64,000 bases of DNA, taken from Actinomycetota bacterium. Lineage in GTDB: Bacteria; Actinomycetota; Acidimicrobiia; Spongiisociales; UBA11373. Position numbers and translations under genes: made by a program. Location of the stretch: contig VGBK01000003.1 in NCBI GenBank assembly GCA_016870535.1, positions 5,914-69,913 on the forward strand, given 5' to 3'. Positions 27,847 through 37,294 of the stretch are shown in pieces (the first letter of the stretch is position 1; every line of letters starts with the position of its first letter). The notes under the pieces are model-generated. The model was not told where the DNA came from, did not search any database, and worked only from the letters and a program-made list of their open reading frames with translations.

Positions 27847-28248
27847 GTGCGGCGGGGGTACGGCTGGGTCATCGCATCGGCCCTGGTGTTGAGCGCATGC
27901 GGAAGCGGGCCCTCCCCGCAAGCCCTGGCGCGCAACGAGCCACCGCCGACTACTACCACCACCACCCTCCCGCCCGAGGGTGTCGCCGTGGTGACGATCA
28001 CCAACGGCAAGTTCACCCCCGCTCTGCTCGAGTTGGACCTCGAGAAGCAGTGGATCGTCCGCTGGATCAACGACGACCCTCCGCGGGAGTACGTGCTGAC
28101 CGCCAAGGAATTCGAGAGCCCAACGCTCCTGCCCGGGGACTCGTGGGAGTTCGACTTCAGCGGCCTCAAGCCGGCCATCTACCGCTACCGCACCTTCATC
28201 GGCAACCAGCGCATCCCGGGGATGGTGGACACCCGGCCGGAGCGCTGA
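27847..28248 (+). CDS. Lipoprotein with cupredoxin-like beta-sandwich domain.
   Basis: Signal peptide plus lipobox (LVLSAC), a Pro/Thr-rich linker, then VTITNGKFTPALLELD...WINDD, resembling cupredoxin-fold domains that lack Cu ligands. Confidence 0.6.
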   Translation: MRRGYGWVIASALVLSACGSGPSPQALARNEPPPTTTTTTLPPEGVAVVTITNGKFTPALLELDLEKQWIVRWINDDPPREYVLTAKEFESPTLLPGDSWEFDFSGLKPAIYRYRTFIGNQRIPGMVDTRPER

Positions 28249-28825
28249 GCGGCGCCGGGCCGGCCCCGCTCTCCCCGCCGGCTCCGCTCTCCTCGCCGCC
28301 CGGGGGGGCGGCCGTCAGCACGGTCAGCAGCGCGGCGTCGGTGGGGAAGGCCAGCGGGGGCAGGTCGGGCGAAGCGAAGTAGCCCACTGCGTCGGCGTCG
28401 TCGCCGGGACGCAGGCGGCCTCCCACCACCCGGGCGGCGAACCACACCCCGACGGTGGGCTTGGCGGGATCGTGGAAGTTGGAGGCCACCTGGAGCACTT
28501 CTCCGATCTCGGCCACCAGGCCCGTCTCCTCCTCGAGTTCCCGCCGGGCGGCGGAGCGGATCTCCTCCCCGGCGTCCACGTAGCCGGCCGGCACCGACCA
28601 CCGGCCGGCCTGCGTCGCCCCCGGCGCCCGGCGCACCAGCAGCACCCTCCCCTGCTCGTCCTGTACCACGGCGGCGGCGCCGACCCCGGGGTTGGCCCAG
28701 TGGATGAACCCGCAGGCGGGGCAGGCGCGGCGCGGCCGGCCCCCCACCGGGCGCCACTCCAGGGCGGCGGCGCACATCGGGCAGAAGGCGTAGACGGCGG
28801 GACTCGCGCTCTCGGGTGAGCCCAT
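28196..28825 (-). CDS. NUDIX hydrolase with N-terminal zinc-ribbon (NudC-like).
   Basis: CPMC...CPAC zinc ribbon followed by the Nudix box GRWSVPAGYVDAGEEIRSAARRELEEETGL. The 3' end overlaps the convergent lipoprotein gene by about 50 nt. Confidence 0.8.
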   Translation of the reverse strand: MGSPESASPAVYAFCPMCAAALEWRPVGGRPRRACPACGFIHWANPGVGAAAVVQDEQGRVLLVRRAPGATQAGRWSVPAGYVDAGEEIRSAARRELEEETGLVAEIGEVLQVASNFHDPAKPTVGVWFAARVVGGRLRPGDDADAVGYFASPDLPPLAFPTDAALLTVLTAAPPGGEESGAGGESGAGPAPLSAPAGCPPSPGCAGCR

Positions 28826-28911
28826 GGCACCGCCACCTTACCGGCAGCCCGGGCGACTCCCGGCGGCCTCCGCCGCCCTGCCCGCCGTCAACCGCCGCGC
28901 CGCCCGGCCTC

Positions 28912-30156
28912 CTACGGGGCGGTCAAGAGCAGGGCGACGTTGTGGCCCCCGAAGCCGAAGGAGTTGCTCATCGCCGCCCGCACCGGCACCCGTCGGGCCC
29001 GGTTGGGCACGTAGTCCAGGTCGCACTCGGGGTCGGGGTCCCGGTAGTTGATGGTCGGCGGCACCACGCCGTCGCGGATGGCCAGCACGCACACCAGGGC
29101 TTCGAGGGCGCCGGCCCCGCCCAGGAGGTGCCCGGTCATCGACTTGGTCGAGGACACCGCCAGCCGGAGGGCGTGGTTCCCGAACACCGCCTTGATCGCC
29201 GTTGTCTCGGCGGCGTCGTTGGCCGGGGTCGAGGTGCCGTGGGCATTGATGTAGTCGATCGCCTCGGGCGCCAGTCCGGCCGAGCGGAGCGCCTCCGCCA
29301 TCGCCCGGGCCGCTCCCACCCCCCCGGGCCGGGGCAGGGTGAGGTGGTAGCCGTCGGACGACATGCCGTAGCCCGCCAGCACGGCCAGCACCGTGGCGCC
29401 GCGGGCGCGGGCGTGGGCCTCGTCTTCCAGCACCAGGGCCGCCGCCCCCTCTCCCATGACGAACCCATCGCGGCCGGCGTCGAAGGGGCGCGAGGCTCCC
29501 TCCGGATCGTCGTTCCGGGTGCTCAGGGCCCGGGCCTGGATGAAACCGGCCACGGCGAACTCGCAGATGGCCGCCTCGGCCCCGCCGGCCACCATGACGT
29601 CGGCCTCCCCTCTCCGGATGACCGCGGCGGCGTCTCCCAGAGCGTTGGCCGAGGCGGCGCAGGCGGTCACCGCGCACAGGCTGGGCCCGTAGAGATGGTG
29701 CTCGATGGACACCTGCCCGCCGGCCATGTTCGAGATGATCTGGGGGATGGCATAGGGGCTGACCCGGTCGCGCCCGCGCTTCCGCAGGGCGTCCATCCCC
29801 TCCTGGAAGGTGATGATGCCGCCGATCCCCGAACCCACCGCCACCCCGGCCCGCTCCGCGGCGGGATCCTCGGCGGCGTAGGCCAGGCCGGCATCGGCCA
29901 GGGCCTGGCCGGCGGCGGCCAGGAAGAACTGGCCGTAGCGGTCGGTGCGCCCCGCCCGGCGCCGGTCCAGGTAGGCCTCGGGGTCGAACCCCCGGACCTC
30001 GGCGGCGATGCGGGTGCGCCAGCCGGAGGCATCGAACGCCCGGATGGGCCCCACCCCCGAGCGCCCCGCCTGAGCCGCCTCCCAGAACGAGGCGACGTCG
30101 AGGCCGAGGGGGTTGACCGTCCCCAGGCCGGTGACGACCACCCGGCGCTCGGGCAC
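28912..30156 (-). CDS. fabF: 3-oxoacyl-[ACP] synthase II (KAS II).
   Basis: Active-site Cys in PSLCAVTACAAS, His-His motifs (HGTSTP... GHLLGGAG) and the NSFGFGGHN C-terminus. Confidence 0.9.
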   Translation of the reverse strand: MPERRVVVTGLGTVNPLGLDVASFWEAAQAGRSGVGPIRAFDASGWRTRIAAEVRGFDPEAYLDRRRAGRTDRYGQFFLAAAGQALADAGLAYAAEDPAAERAGVAVGSGIGGIITFQEGMDALRKRGRDRVSPYAIPQIISNMAGGQVSIEHHLYGPSLCAVTACAASANALGDAAAVIRRGEADVMVAGGAEAAICEFAVAGFIQARALSTRNDDPEGASRPFDAGRDGFVMGEGAAALVLEDEAHARARGATVLAVLAGYGMSSDGYHLTLPRPGGVGAARAMAEALRSAGLAPEAIDYINAHGTSTPANDAAETTAIKAVFGNHALRLAVSSTKSMTGHLLGGAGALEALVCVLAIRDGVVPPTINYRDPDPECDLDYVPNRARRVPVRAAMSNSFGFGGHNVALLLTAP

Positions 30157-30157
30157 T

Positions 30158-30403
30158 TCAGGCTCCGAGCTTCTCCGCGATGACGGTCACGGCGTCGCCC
30201 ACGGTGACGATCCCCTCCGCCTCCTCATCGGGGATGCTGATCCCGAAGGCGTCCTCGAGGGCCATGAGCAGTTCCACCACCCCCAGGGAGTCCACTTCGA
30301 GGTCCTTCTCGAAGGAGGCTTCGAGGGTGATCTTCTCGGCCTCCAGGTGCAGTTCCCGCACCAGCAGGTCGATGAGCCTCTCCTGTATCTCGGACCGTTC
30401 CAT
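30158..30403 (-). CDS. acpP: Acyl carrier protein.
   Basis: 81 aa with the phosphopantetheine attachment motif LEVDSLGVVEL. Confidence 0.95.
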   Translation of the reverse strand: MERSEIQERLIDLLVRELHLEAEKITLEASFEKDLEVDSLGVVELLMALEDAFGISIPDEEAEGIVTVGDAVTVIAEKLGA

Positions 30404-30412
30404 GCCGCCTCC

Positions 30413-31177
30413 TTAGAGCGCCATTCCGCCGTCGACGACCAGCACCTGGCCGGTGACGTAGGCGGCCGGGTCCGAGGCAAGATAGCCCACCGCCGCCGCC
30501 ACCTCCTGCGGAGCCCCAAACCGGCCCAGGGCTACTGCCCGGAGGGCCGCCTCTCGGACCTCCGGGCCGAGGGCAGCCGTCATCGCCGTCTCGATGTACC
30601 CCGGCGCCACCACGTTGGCCGTGATGCCGCGTCCCCCCACTTCACGAGCCACCGCCTTGGTGAAACCGATGAGCCCCGCCTTGGCCGCGGCGTAGTTGGC
30701 CTGGCCGGCGTTCCCCACCAGGCCGGCCACCGACCCTATCGAGATGATGCGCCCCCAGCGCGCCCGCAGCATGCCCCGCAGCGCCGCCCGGGTGCAGAGG
30801 TAGGCGGAGCGCAGGTCGGCCGACAGCACCGCGTCCCAATCGTCCGGCCTCATGCGCAGCAGCAGGCCGTCGCGAGTGATGCCGGCGTTGTTGACCAGGA
30901 TCTCCACCGGTCCGAGGCTCTGCTCCACCGCGGCGAACAGGGCGCTCACCGCGGCTTCCTCGGTGACATCCCCCGCCGCCGCCGCCGCCTCACCGCCGGC
31001 GCCGATGATGCCCGCCACCACCTCCCCGGCGGCGGCCGCCGAGGTCCGGTAGTTCACCGCCACCCGATGGCCCTGCCCGGCGAGGTGCTCGGCGATGGCG
31101 CGTCCGATGCCCCGCCCCGCCCCCGTGACCAGTGCGACCCGCGCCAACTCACCCTCCCTTCCCGTAGAACACCACAT
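30413..31177 (-). CDS. fabG: 3-oxoacyl-[ACP] reductase FabG.
   Basis: ALVTGAGRGIGRA cofactor motif, NNAG, and YAAAKAG catalytic triad region. The real start is more likely TTG at about 31147, which has an AGGGAGGG SD and sits 1 nt after the fabH stop. Confidence 0.9.
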   Translation of the reverse strand: MWCSTGREGELARVALVTGAGRGIGRAIAEHLAGQGHRVAVNYRTSAAAAGEVVAGIIGAGGEAAAAAGDVTEEAAVSALFAAVEQSLGPVEILVNNAGITRDGLLLRMRPDDWDAVLSADLRSAYLCTRAALRGMLRARWGRIISIGSVAGLVGNAGQANYAAAKAGLIGFTKAVAREVGGRGITANVVAPGYIETAMTAALGPEVREAALRAVALGRFGAPQEVAAAVGYLASDPAAYVTGQVLVVDGGMAL

Positions 31178-32219
31178 TGGGCTCCAGCAGGTCCCGGCCG
31201 CTCCGGCTCGTCGGCGGCAGCGCCGCCTCCGACACCTCCAGAGGCGCCACCCGCGCGCCCCAACGGTAGACCGCCGCCGCCCAGGTCAGCCCCCCGCCGA
31301 AGGCGGCGAACAGGAGCCGCGCCCCCGCCCCCACCCGGCCCGCTTCCAGCGCCTCGGCCAGGGCGATGGGGATCGAAGCCGCCGAGGTGTTCCCGTAGGC
31401 CTCCAGGTTGACCATCACCTTCCCCTCGTCCAGGCCCAGCCGGCGGGCGGTGGCCTCGACGATGCGGCGGTTGGCCTGGTGCGGGATGAGCAGATCCACG
31501 TCGGCCACGGTCAGCCCCGCCTTCTCCAGCACCCGGGCCGATGCCTCCCCCATGGCCTCGACGGCGCGGCGGAAGACGGTGGGGCCCTCCATCTCCACCC
31601 GGGGCCGTCGCTCCGCCGCGGGAGCACCTTCGGTGCCGCTGCCGGCGATGCAGAGGATGTCGGCGGCGGTCCCGTCGGTGCCCAGTTCGAAGGAGAGCAG
31701 GCCCCCCTCCTCCTCGCTCGGTTCGACGACCACCGCCCCGGCGCCGTCGCCGAACAGCACGCTGGTGGCGCGGTCGGTGAAGTCCAGGAAGAAGTGGAGC
31801 TTCTCGGCGCCGATGACCAGCACCCGGCGCATCGAACCGGTCCGCACCATCTGGTCGGCCACCACCAGGCCGTAGAGGAATCCCGAGCAGGCGGCGTTCA
31901 GGTCCAGGGCGGCGGCCCGCACCGCCCCGACCTTCGCCTGGACCAGGGCCGCCGCCGACGGCACCAGGCGATCCGGGGTGCAAGTGGCCACGATCACCAG
32001 GTCGATCTCGGCCGGGCTCAGGCCCGCCGCCGCCAGGGCGTGGCGGCCGGCCACCGCCGCCAGGTCCGAGGTCTCGGCGTGGCTGATGCGCCGCCCTTTG
32101 ATGCCGGTCCGGGTGGAGATCCACGCGTCGCTGGTGTCGGTCAGGCGCTCCAGGTCGGCGTTGGACAGCACCGCCGGCGGCAGGCACTTGCCCCAGCCGG
32201 TGATCATGGGAGCCGTCAC
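31149..32219 (-). CDS. fabH: 3-oxoacyl-[ACP] synthase III (KAS III).
   Basis: Cys-His-Asn triad context (NAACSGFLYGL ... HQANRRI ... GNTSAASIP) and AFGGGLTWAA. Confidence 0.9.
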   Translation of the reverse strand: MTAPMITGWGKCLPPAVLSNADLERLTDTSDAWISTRTGIKGRRISHAETSDLAAVAGRHALAAAGLSPAEIDLVIVATCTPDRLVPSAAALVQAKVGAVRAAALDLNAACSGFLYGLVVADQMVRTGSMRRVLVIGAEKLHFFLDFTDRATSVLFGDGAGAVVVEPSEEEGGLLSFELGTDGTAADILCIAGSGTEGAPAAERRPRVEMEGPTVFRRAVEAMGEASARVLEKAGLTVADVDLLIPHQANRRIVEATARRLGLDEGKVMVNLEAYGNTSAASIPIALAEALEAGRVGAGARLLFAAFGGGLTWAAAVYRWGARVAPLEVSEAALPPTSRSGRDLLEPNVVFYGKGG

Positions 32220-32240
32220 GCTTCCTCCTGCCTCGGCGGT

Positions 32241-33170
32241 TCAGGCGGAGGCGCCGAGGGCCTCCGCCGCGGCGTCCACCTCGTCGAGGCACGACACCAC
32301 ATGGGTTGCTGCACCCTCTACCGACCTCCGCGCCAGGCCGGCGGTTACATCTCCCGGGCCGACGTGGACGAAGCGGCGCACCCCGGCGGCAGCCATGGCG
32401 GCCAGCGAAGCGGCGAAGCGCACCGGGGCGGTCAGTTGCTGCACCAGCAGGGCGGCCACATCCTCGCCGTGCGGCGCGCCGGTGGCGTTGGCCCAGACGG
32501 GGAAGGCCGGGGGCGCCGGGGAGGCTGCGGCCAGCGCCGCCCGCAGGCCGGCCACCGCCGGTTCCATGAACGGAGTGTGGAAAGCCCCGGCCACCTTGAG
32601 CGCCACCACCCGCCGGATGCCGTAGCGGCGGGCGCGTTCCTCGGCCCAGGCCAGATCGGCCTCGCCGCCGCCCAGCACCACCTGGCCCGGGGAGTTGACG
32701 TTGGCCACCCACAGCCGCCCCCCCTCGGCCCGCCGCTCGGCCGCCAGCGCCTCGGCCGTGTCCACCTCGGCCCCCAGCAGGGCCGCCAGCCCGGAGGGCG
32801 CCGCCTCCGCCGCCTCCGCCATGGCGGCGCCGCGCGCCGCCACCAGTCGCAGCCCCGCCTCAAAAGAGAAGGCCCCGGCGGCCGCCAGAGCGGTGTACTC
32901 GCCCAGGGAGTGGCCGGCCGCGGCGGCGGGGCGCCGCCCCAGCCTCGCCGCCAGCGCCTCCCAAAGGCCGAAGGCCACGGTATAGAGGGCCGGCTGGGCC
33001 AGTTCGGTGCGGGTCAGGGCCGCCTCCGGGCCGTCGCGGCAGAGGAGCGCCACATCCCACCCCAGCACCCGCCGGGCGGCGACGGCCAGGTCCGGGCGCG
33101 CCGCGAACAGGTCGGAACCCATGCCCACCGCCTGGCTCCCCTGGCCGGGGAAGAGCAGGGCGAAGCTCAT
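32241..33170 (-). CDS. fabD: Malonyl CoA-ACP transacylase FabD.
   Basis: LFPGQGSQ N-terminus, GHSLGE active site, and His in AGAFHTP. Confidence 0.9.
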   Translation of the reverse strand: MSFALLFPGQGSQAVGMGSDLFAARPDLAVAARRVLGWDVALLCRDGPEAALTRTELAQPALYTVAFGLWEALAARLGRRPAAAAGHSLGEYTALAAAGAFSFEAGLRLVAARGAAMAEAAEAAPSGLAALLGAEVDTAEALAAERRAEGGRLWVANVNSPGQVVLGGGEADLAWAEERARRYGIRRVVALKVAGAFHTPFMEPAVAGLRAALAAASPAPPAFPVWANATGAPHGEDVAALLVQQLTAPVRFAASLAAMAAAGVRRFVHVGPGDVTAGLARRSVEGAATHVVSCLDEVDAAAEALGASA

Positions 33171-33355
33171 CGCTCCCCTCCGGCCGGGGCGGCTTCGGCG
33201 CGCCGGGCGTCGCCGCGGCCGCGAATGACCGTGGGGCAGGGCGCCTCGGCGATGCTGCGGAAGAGGGCCATCGGCGGGGCATCATACGGGCCGGCCGATT
33301 CCCTTGGGACGGCTCCGGCGGTTAGGCTGCGGCATCTACCCGCACCAGAAGGTCC

Positions 33356-35485
33356 ATGGTCTCGCGCCCCTCCCCCCTCCCCGACATCCCGGTGGCCCCC
33401 GGCACCAAGGTGCCCCTCCCTCGGGCTTACGAACGCCTCTGGGACCTGGCCTACAACATGTGGTGGGTGTGGCACCGGCCCGCCCGTGAGCTGTGGCAGC
33501 GGGTGAGCCTGCCGCACTGGCAGGCAACCCTCAACCCCCTGAGCATGCTGCAGGCGGTGCCCGGCGAGGTCTGGGAGACCCTGGAGGCCAACGACTCGTT
33601 TGCCGACCTCTACCACGAGGTGATCAGCGCCTTCGACCAGTACCTGGCCGCCGAGGACACTTGGTACTCCCGCACCCACCCCGGCTCGCTCCCGAACGGA
33701 CTGGCCTACCTCTGCACCGAGTTCGGCGTGCACCACACCCTCCCCTTCTACGCCGGCGGCCTGGGAGTGCTGGCCGGCGACCACGCCAAGGCCGCTTCCG
33801 ACCTGGGCGTACCCATGGTCGCCGTGGGGCTCCTCTACCGCCTGGGCTACTTCCACCAGGAGGTAGATCCCGAGGGCACCCAGCAGCACCTCTATCGGTC
33901 GGTCGAGGTCACCCGCCGCGCCCTGCGGCGCGTCCTCGACCGCACCGGGCACCCTCTGGTCGTCCAGGTAGAGCTGCCCGGCCGGATGGTGGACGTCGGC
34001 GCCTGGCGCATCGACGTGGGGCGGGTGCCGCTCCTGCTGCTCGACACCAACCTCCCCTCCAACGACCCCGCCGACCGGCCCATCACCCAGATCCTCTACG
34101 TCCGGGGCCGCGAGATGCGCCTCTGCCAGGAGCTGGTGCTGGGGATCGGGGGGGCCCGGGTGATCGATGCCCTGGGCTGGAAGCCCTCCACGTGGCACAT
34201 AAACGAGGGCCATGCCGCCTTCGCCCTGCTGCAGCGCCTCTCCCGCGCCCTGGGATCCGGCGCCACCTTCGAGGAGGCCCGGCGGCAGGTACGGGAGCAC
34301 ACCCTCTTCACCCTGCACACGCCTCTGCCGGCAGGGAACGAGACCTTCGACCTGGGCCTGGTCCAGCACTACCTGGCCGATCGCCTCCACGGCATCGACG
34401 CCGCCGTCCTGGCCGACCTGGGTGACAACGGCCACCCCGGGGTGTTCGACATGGGGTCCCTGGCCATCCGCCTGGCGGCGGTGACCAACGGGGTGTCGCA
34501 GCGCCACGGTGAGGTCGTCACCCGTGACTGGCAGCACCTCATCGGGCGCCCCGCCGAGGCGGTGACCAACGGGGTGCACCTGCCCACCTGGGTCGGCGGG
34601 GTCATCGAGCGCCGCTTCGCCAAGGTCCTGGGCCAGGACTGGGCGCAGCACACCCTGGAGCCGGCCGCCTGGGATGCCCTCCGTGCCATCCCCGACAAGG
34701 AGTTGTGGGAGGCCCATCAGGCCCAGAAGCAGCGCCTCCTCCGCCAGGTGCGCAGCCGCCTGCGGGAGCAGGAGGCGCGCCACGGCGAGGCGCCCGACGA
34801 ACTCCGCCGGGTGGGAGCCCTCTTCGACCTGGACTACGTGACCCTGGTCTTCGCCCGCCGTTTCGCCGCCTACAAGCGGGTCGGCCTGCTCCTCACCGAC
34901 GTGGATCGCCTCCGGGGCCTGCTGGCCCACCCCGAGCGCCCGGTGCAGATCGTCTTCGGGGGCAAGGCTCACCCCGCCGACCGGGAAGGCCAGGACCTGA
35001 TTCGGCGGGTGGTGCAGATGGCCAAGGACCCGCGCTTCGAAGGGCACATCGCCTACGTCGAGGACTACGACATGGAACTGGCGCGCTACCTGCTGGCCGG
35101 AGCCGACGTGTGGGTCAACATGCCGCGGCCGCCCATGGAGGCCAGCGGCACATCGGGCATGAAGGCCGCCATCAACGGCGCGCCGAACCTGTCGGTGCTC
35201 GACGGCTGGTGGCTGGAAGGCTTCCAGGGCAACAACGGCTGGGGCTTCGGCGAGACCACTCAGGGGGACCAGGCCGACGCAGCCGCGCTGTACGACCTCA
35301 TCGAGCATCGGGTCGTTCCCCTGTACTACGACCGCGACGCCGAAGGCATCCCTCGCGGCTGGGTGGCCATGATGAAGGAGGCGATGATCGCCGCCGTGCC
35401 CTTCAGCGCCACCCGCATGGTCGCCGAGTACATGGAACGCCTCTACCTGCGGGCCAACGGGAACGGGGAGGCGTCGCCGGGATAG
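33356..35485 (+). CDS. glgP: Alpha-glucan (glycogen/maltodextrin) phosphorylase, GT35, actinobacterial GlgP type.
   Basis: PLP-site EASGTSGMKAAINGAPNLSVLDGWW and the DUF3417-type N-terminal region. The 713-aa minus-strand ORF 33167..35308 is its antisense artefact. Confidence 0.85.
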   Translation: MVSRPSPLPDIPVAPGTKVPLPRAYERLWDLAYNMWWVWHRPARELWQRVSLPHWQATLNPLSMLQAVPGEVWETLEANDSFADLYHEVISAFDQYLAAEDTWYSRTHPGSLPNGLAYLCTEFGVHHTLPFYAGGLGVLAGDHAKAASDLGVPMVAVGLLYRLGYFHQEVDPEGTQQHLYRSVEVTRRALRRVLDRTGHPLVVQVELPGRMVDVGAWRIDVGRVPLLLLDTNLPSNDPADRPITQILYVRGREMRLCQELVLGIGGARVIDALGWKPSTWHINEGHAAFALLQRLSRALGSGATFEEARRQVREHTLFTLHTPLPAGNETFDLGLVQHYLADRLHGIDAAVLADLGDNGHPGVFDMGSLAIRLAAVTNGVSQRHGEVVTRDWQHLIGRPAEAVTNGVHLPTWVGGVIERRFAKVLGQDWAQHTLEPAAWDALRAIPDKELWEAHQAQKQRLLRQVRSRLREQEARHGEAPDELRRVGALFDLDYVTLVFARRFAAYKRVGLLLTDVDRLRGLLAHPERPVQIVFGGKAHPADREGQDLIRRVVQMAKDPRFEGHIAYVEDYDMELARYLLAGADVWVNMPRPPMEASGTSGMKAAINGAPNLSVLDGWWLEGFQGNNGWGFGETTQGDQADAAALYDLIEHRVVPLYYDRDAEGIPRGWVAMMKEAMIAAVPFSATRMVAEYMERLYLRANGNGEASPG

Positions 35486-35498
35486 CGGCGGCGCGCTC

Positions 35499-36143
35499 TC
35501 ATCCCCAACGGGGCTTGTGCTTGACCTCCACGCCCCCGATCACCGCCAGGACGTGCACCCGAAGCCGCGGGCTGTGGGGGCCCACCCCGCGGCGCGACAC
35601 GGTGTCGTCCCACGCCCCGGCGATCGGCACCCCCCGCACCTCCACCGCCCATCCCTCCGGGACGATCACGTCGATGTGCCCGAACACCGAGGCCGCCGAG
35701 ATCCGGGCGCCGGCCGGATGGAGGCGAGCCCCGGTCAGGTCCAGGCGCAGCTTCCCGAAGACCGCGGTGAGCACCACCCGCCGCAGCGCCGTGGCCCGGC
35801 TGGCCAGGCGCACCGAGTTGATGAACGACAGCCGGGCGAAGCGGGGATCGTCCCCCGGGGCGCGGTGCGCCCGCCCCCATCCGGTGAGCAGCCACGCCCC
35901 CGCCAGGGTGACCACGATGGGCCAGGCCACCCCCCAGGCGCGCTCCCCCAGCAGGCCGGTGGACACCGTGAGCAGCAGGCCCCCGCCCACCACCAGCACG
36001 CCCGAGACCACGCTCACCCTCCGCTCGGAAGCGGCCTGCACCACCCCCAGGGCCACGAGCAGCACCGGCCACCATCGGCTCACCACCGGCCCGGCGTCCA
36101 GCACCCCGACGGCGTCGAGCAGGTAGAGGACGCCCAGCGTCAT
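35499..36143 (-). CDS. Membrane protein with C-terminal LiaF-like (DUF2154) domain.
   Basis: Starts at the internal ATG (MTLGVLYLL...). Four TM segments, then FGKLRLDLTGARLHPAGARISAASVFGHIDVIVPEGWAVEV, typical of LiaF/YvqF C-terminal domains. Confidence 0.6.
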   Translation of the reverse strand: MTLGVLYLLDAVGVLDAGPVVSRWWPVLLVALGVVQAASERRVSVVSGVLVVGGGLLLTVSTGLLGERAWGVAWPIVVTLAGAWLLTGWGRAHRAPGDDPRFARLSFINSVRLASRATALRRVVLTAVFGKLRLDLTGARLHPAGARISAASVFGHIDVIVPEGWAVEVRGVPIAGAWDDTVSRRGVGPHSPRLRVHVLAVIGGVEVKHKPRWG

Positions 36144-36175
36144 CAGGGCCCCACCCACCAGGCTCCGCCCGGGGC

Positions 36176-37147
36176 TCACGCTGCCTCCCCAACGGCGAGG
36201 GCCGCCCCCACCAGGCCGGCGGTGCGCCCGAATCGCGCCGGGACCACCGGCGTGGCCCGCCGCCGGCCGCCCCCCTCCACCGTCTCGGCGAGGACGGCCC
36301 GGGCGGGGCCCAGCAAGGGCTCGCCGGCCCCCGCCACCGCCCCGCCCACCACGATGACGTCCGGGTCGAGCAGGGCCACCAGATTGGCCAGGCCGCGTCC
36401 CAGCCAGCCTCCCGCCGCGGCGAGCCGCCTCGCGGCCTCCCCGTCTCCCGCGGCGGCAGCCACCACCAGGTGCTCCCCGCGCGGCACCTCCCCCCCGGCG
36501 GCATGAGCCACCGCCCCCAGCGGATCGGCCGCGGCCAGTTCCCGGGCCGACCGGCCCAGGCTCGTCCCGGAGACCAGGGCCTCCCAGCAGCCGCGGCGGC
36601 CGCAGGCACAGAGCGGGCCTGCCGGGTCCAGCACCAGGTGGCCCATCTCGCCGAGGAAGCCCCGGCCGCGCTCGACCCGGCCCTCGATCACCAGGCCCCC
36701 GCCGATGCCGGTGCCCAGGCCGACGAACAGCACCATCCGGCCGCCGCTGCCCGCCCCCAGACGCGCCTCGGCCAGGGCGGCCAGGTTGGCGTCGTTGTCC
36801 ACCAACACCGGGAGGCCGGTCGCCCTCGCCACTTCCGGGCCGAGGGGCACCGCAGGGCCGGAGGCGTGCGGACTCCACACGAGGCGCCCGTTCACGTGAT
36901 CCACCAGACCGGCGCAGCCGATCCCCACCGCGGACACCTCCGGGCCGAGCAGCGGCGAGATGGCGGCGACGACCGCTTCCGGGATGGCGCCGGCCCGGGC
37001 CGGCGCCGGGCGCACCCCCGCCGGGTCGCCGCCGCCGGACTCGTCGAACACCCCGAAGACCAGGTTGGTGCCGCCGCAGTCCACCGCGATCACCGCCACT
37101 GCCCGCCCTCCCTGCCGGCGCGCTCGCCCATGGGGCCATAGTGCCAC
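36176..37147 (-). CDS. ROK-family glucokinase / sugar kinase.
   Basis: ROK zinc motif CACGRRGCWEA, N-terminal ATPase fold AVDCGGTN, and GIGGG. Start may be GTG at about 37099. Confidence 0.8.
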   Translation of the reverse strand: MALWPHGRARRQGGRAVAVIAVDCGGTNLVFGVFDESGGGDPAGVRPAPARAGAIPEAVVAAISPLLGPEVSAVGIGCAGLVDHVNGRLVWSPHASGPAVPLGPEVARATGLPVLVDNDANLAALAEARLGAGSGGRMVLFVGLGTGIGGGLVIEGRVERGRGFLGEMGHLVLDPAGPLCACGRRGCWEALVSGTSLGRSARELAAADPLGAVAHAAGGEVPRGEHLVVAAAAGDGEAARRLAAAGGWLGRGLANLVALLDPDVIVVGGAVAGAGEPLLGPARAVLAETVEGGGRRRATPVVPARFGRTAGLVGAALAVGEAA

Positions 37148-37230
37148 CTTCCGTCCGCTCGGGCCGGCAACCGTCCTGTCCGGGACTCCGACGCCGGGGA
37201 AAGACGAGAATCATGTATAGGGAATATGAG

Positions 37231-37259
37231 TTGAGATATAGCAGGTTTATGTCTATGCT
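37231..37259 (+). promoter_or_regulatory. Sigma70-like promoter for hsp20: TTGAGA -N17- TATGCT within an AT-rich island.
   Basis: Near-consensus hexamers with a 17-nt spacer. An AT-rich UP-like tract lies upstream. A CTGCATAAGCAG hairpin (37261-37272) sits at the predicted 5' end of the transcript. SD AGGAGG is 8 nt before ATG 37295. Confidence 0.55.
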
Positions 37260-37294
37260 TCTGCATAAGCAGCAGACAAGAGGAGGTATACGAC

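Noticed and set aside
33167-35308. 713-aa minus-strand ORF; similarly 3001..4203 (+), 41948..44986 (-), 13200..15644 (+), 31095..33506 (+), 9445..10827 (+) and many other long overlapping ORFs in the track.
   Set aside because: They lie antisense to genes with clear family signatures (glgP, ftsZ, M1 peptidase/zwf, ftsI/ftsL, fab genes, murD). Their translations are low-complexity Arg/Gly/Pro-rich, as expected for stop-poor antisense frames in a 70%+ GC genome.
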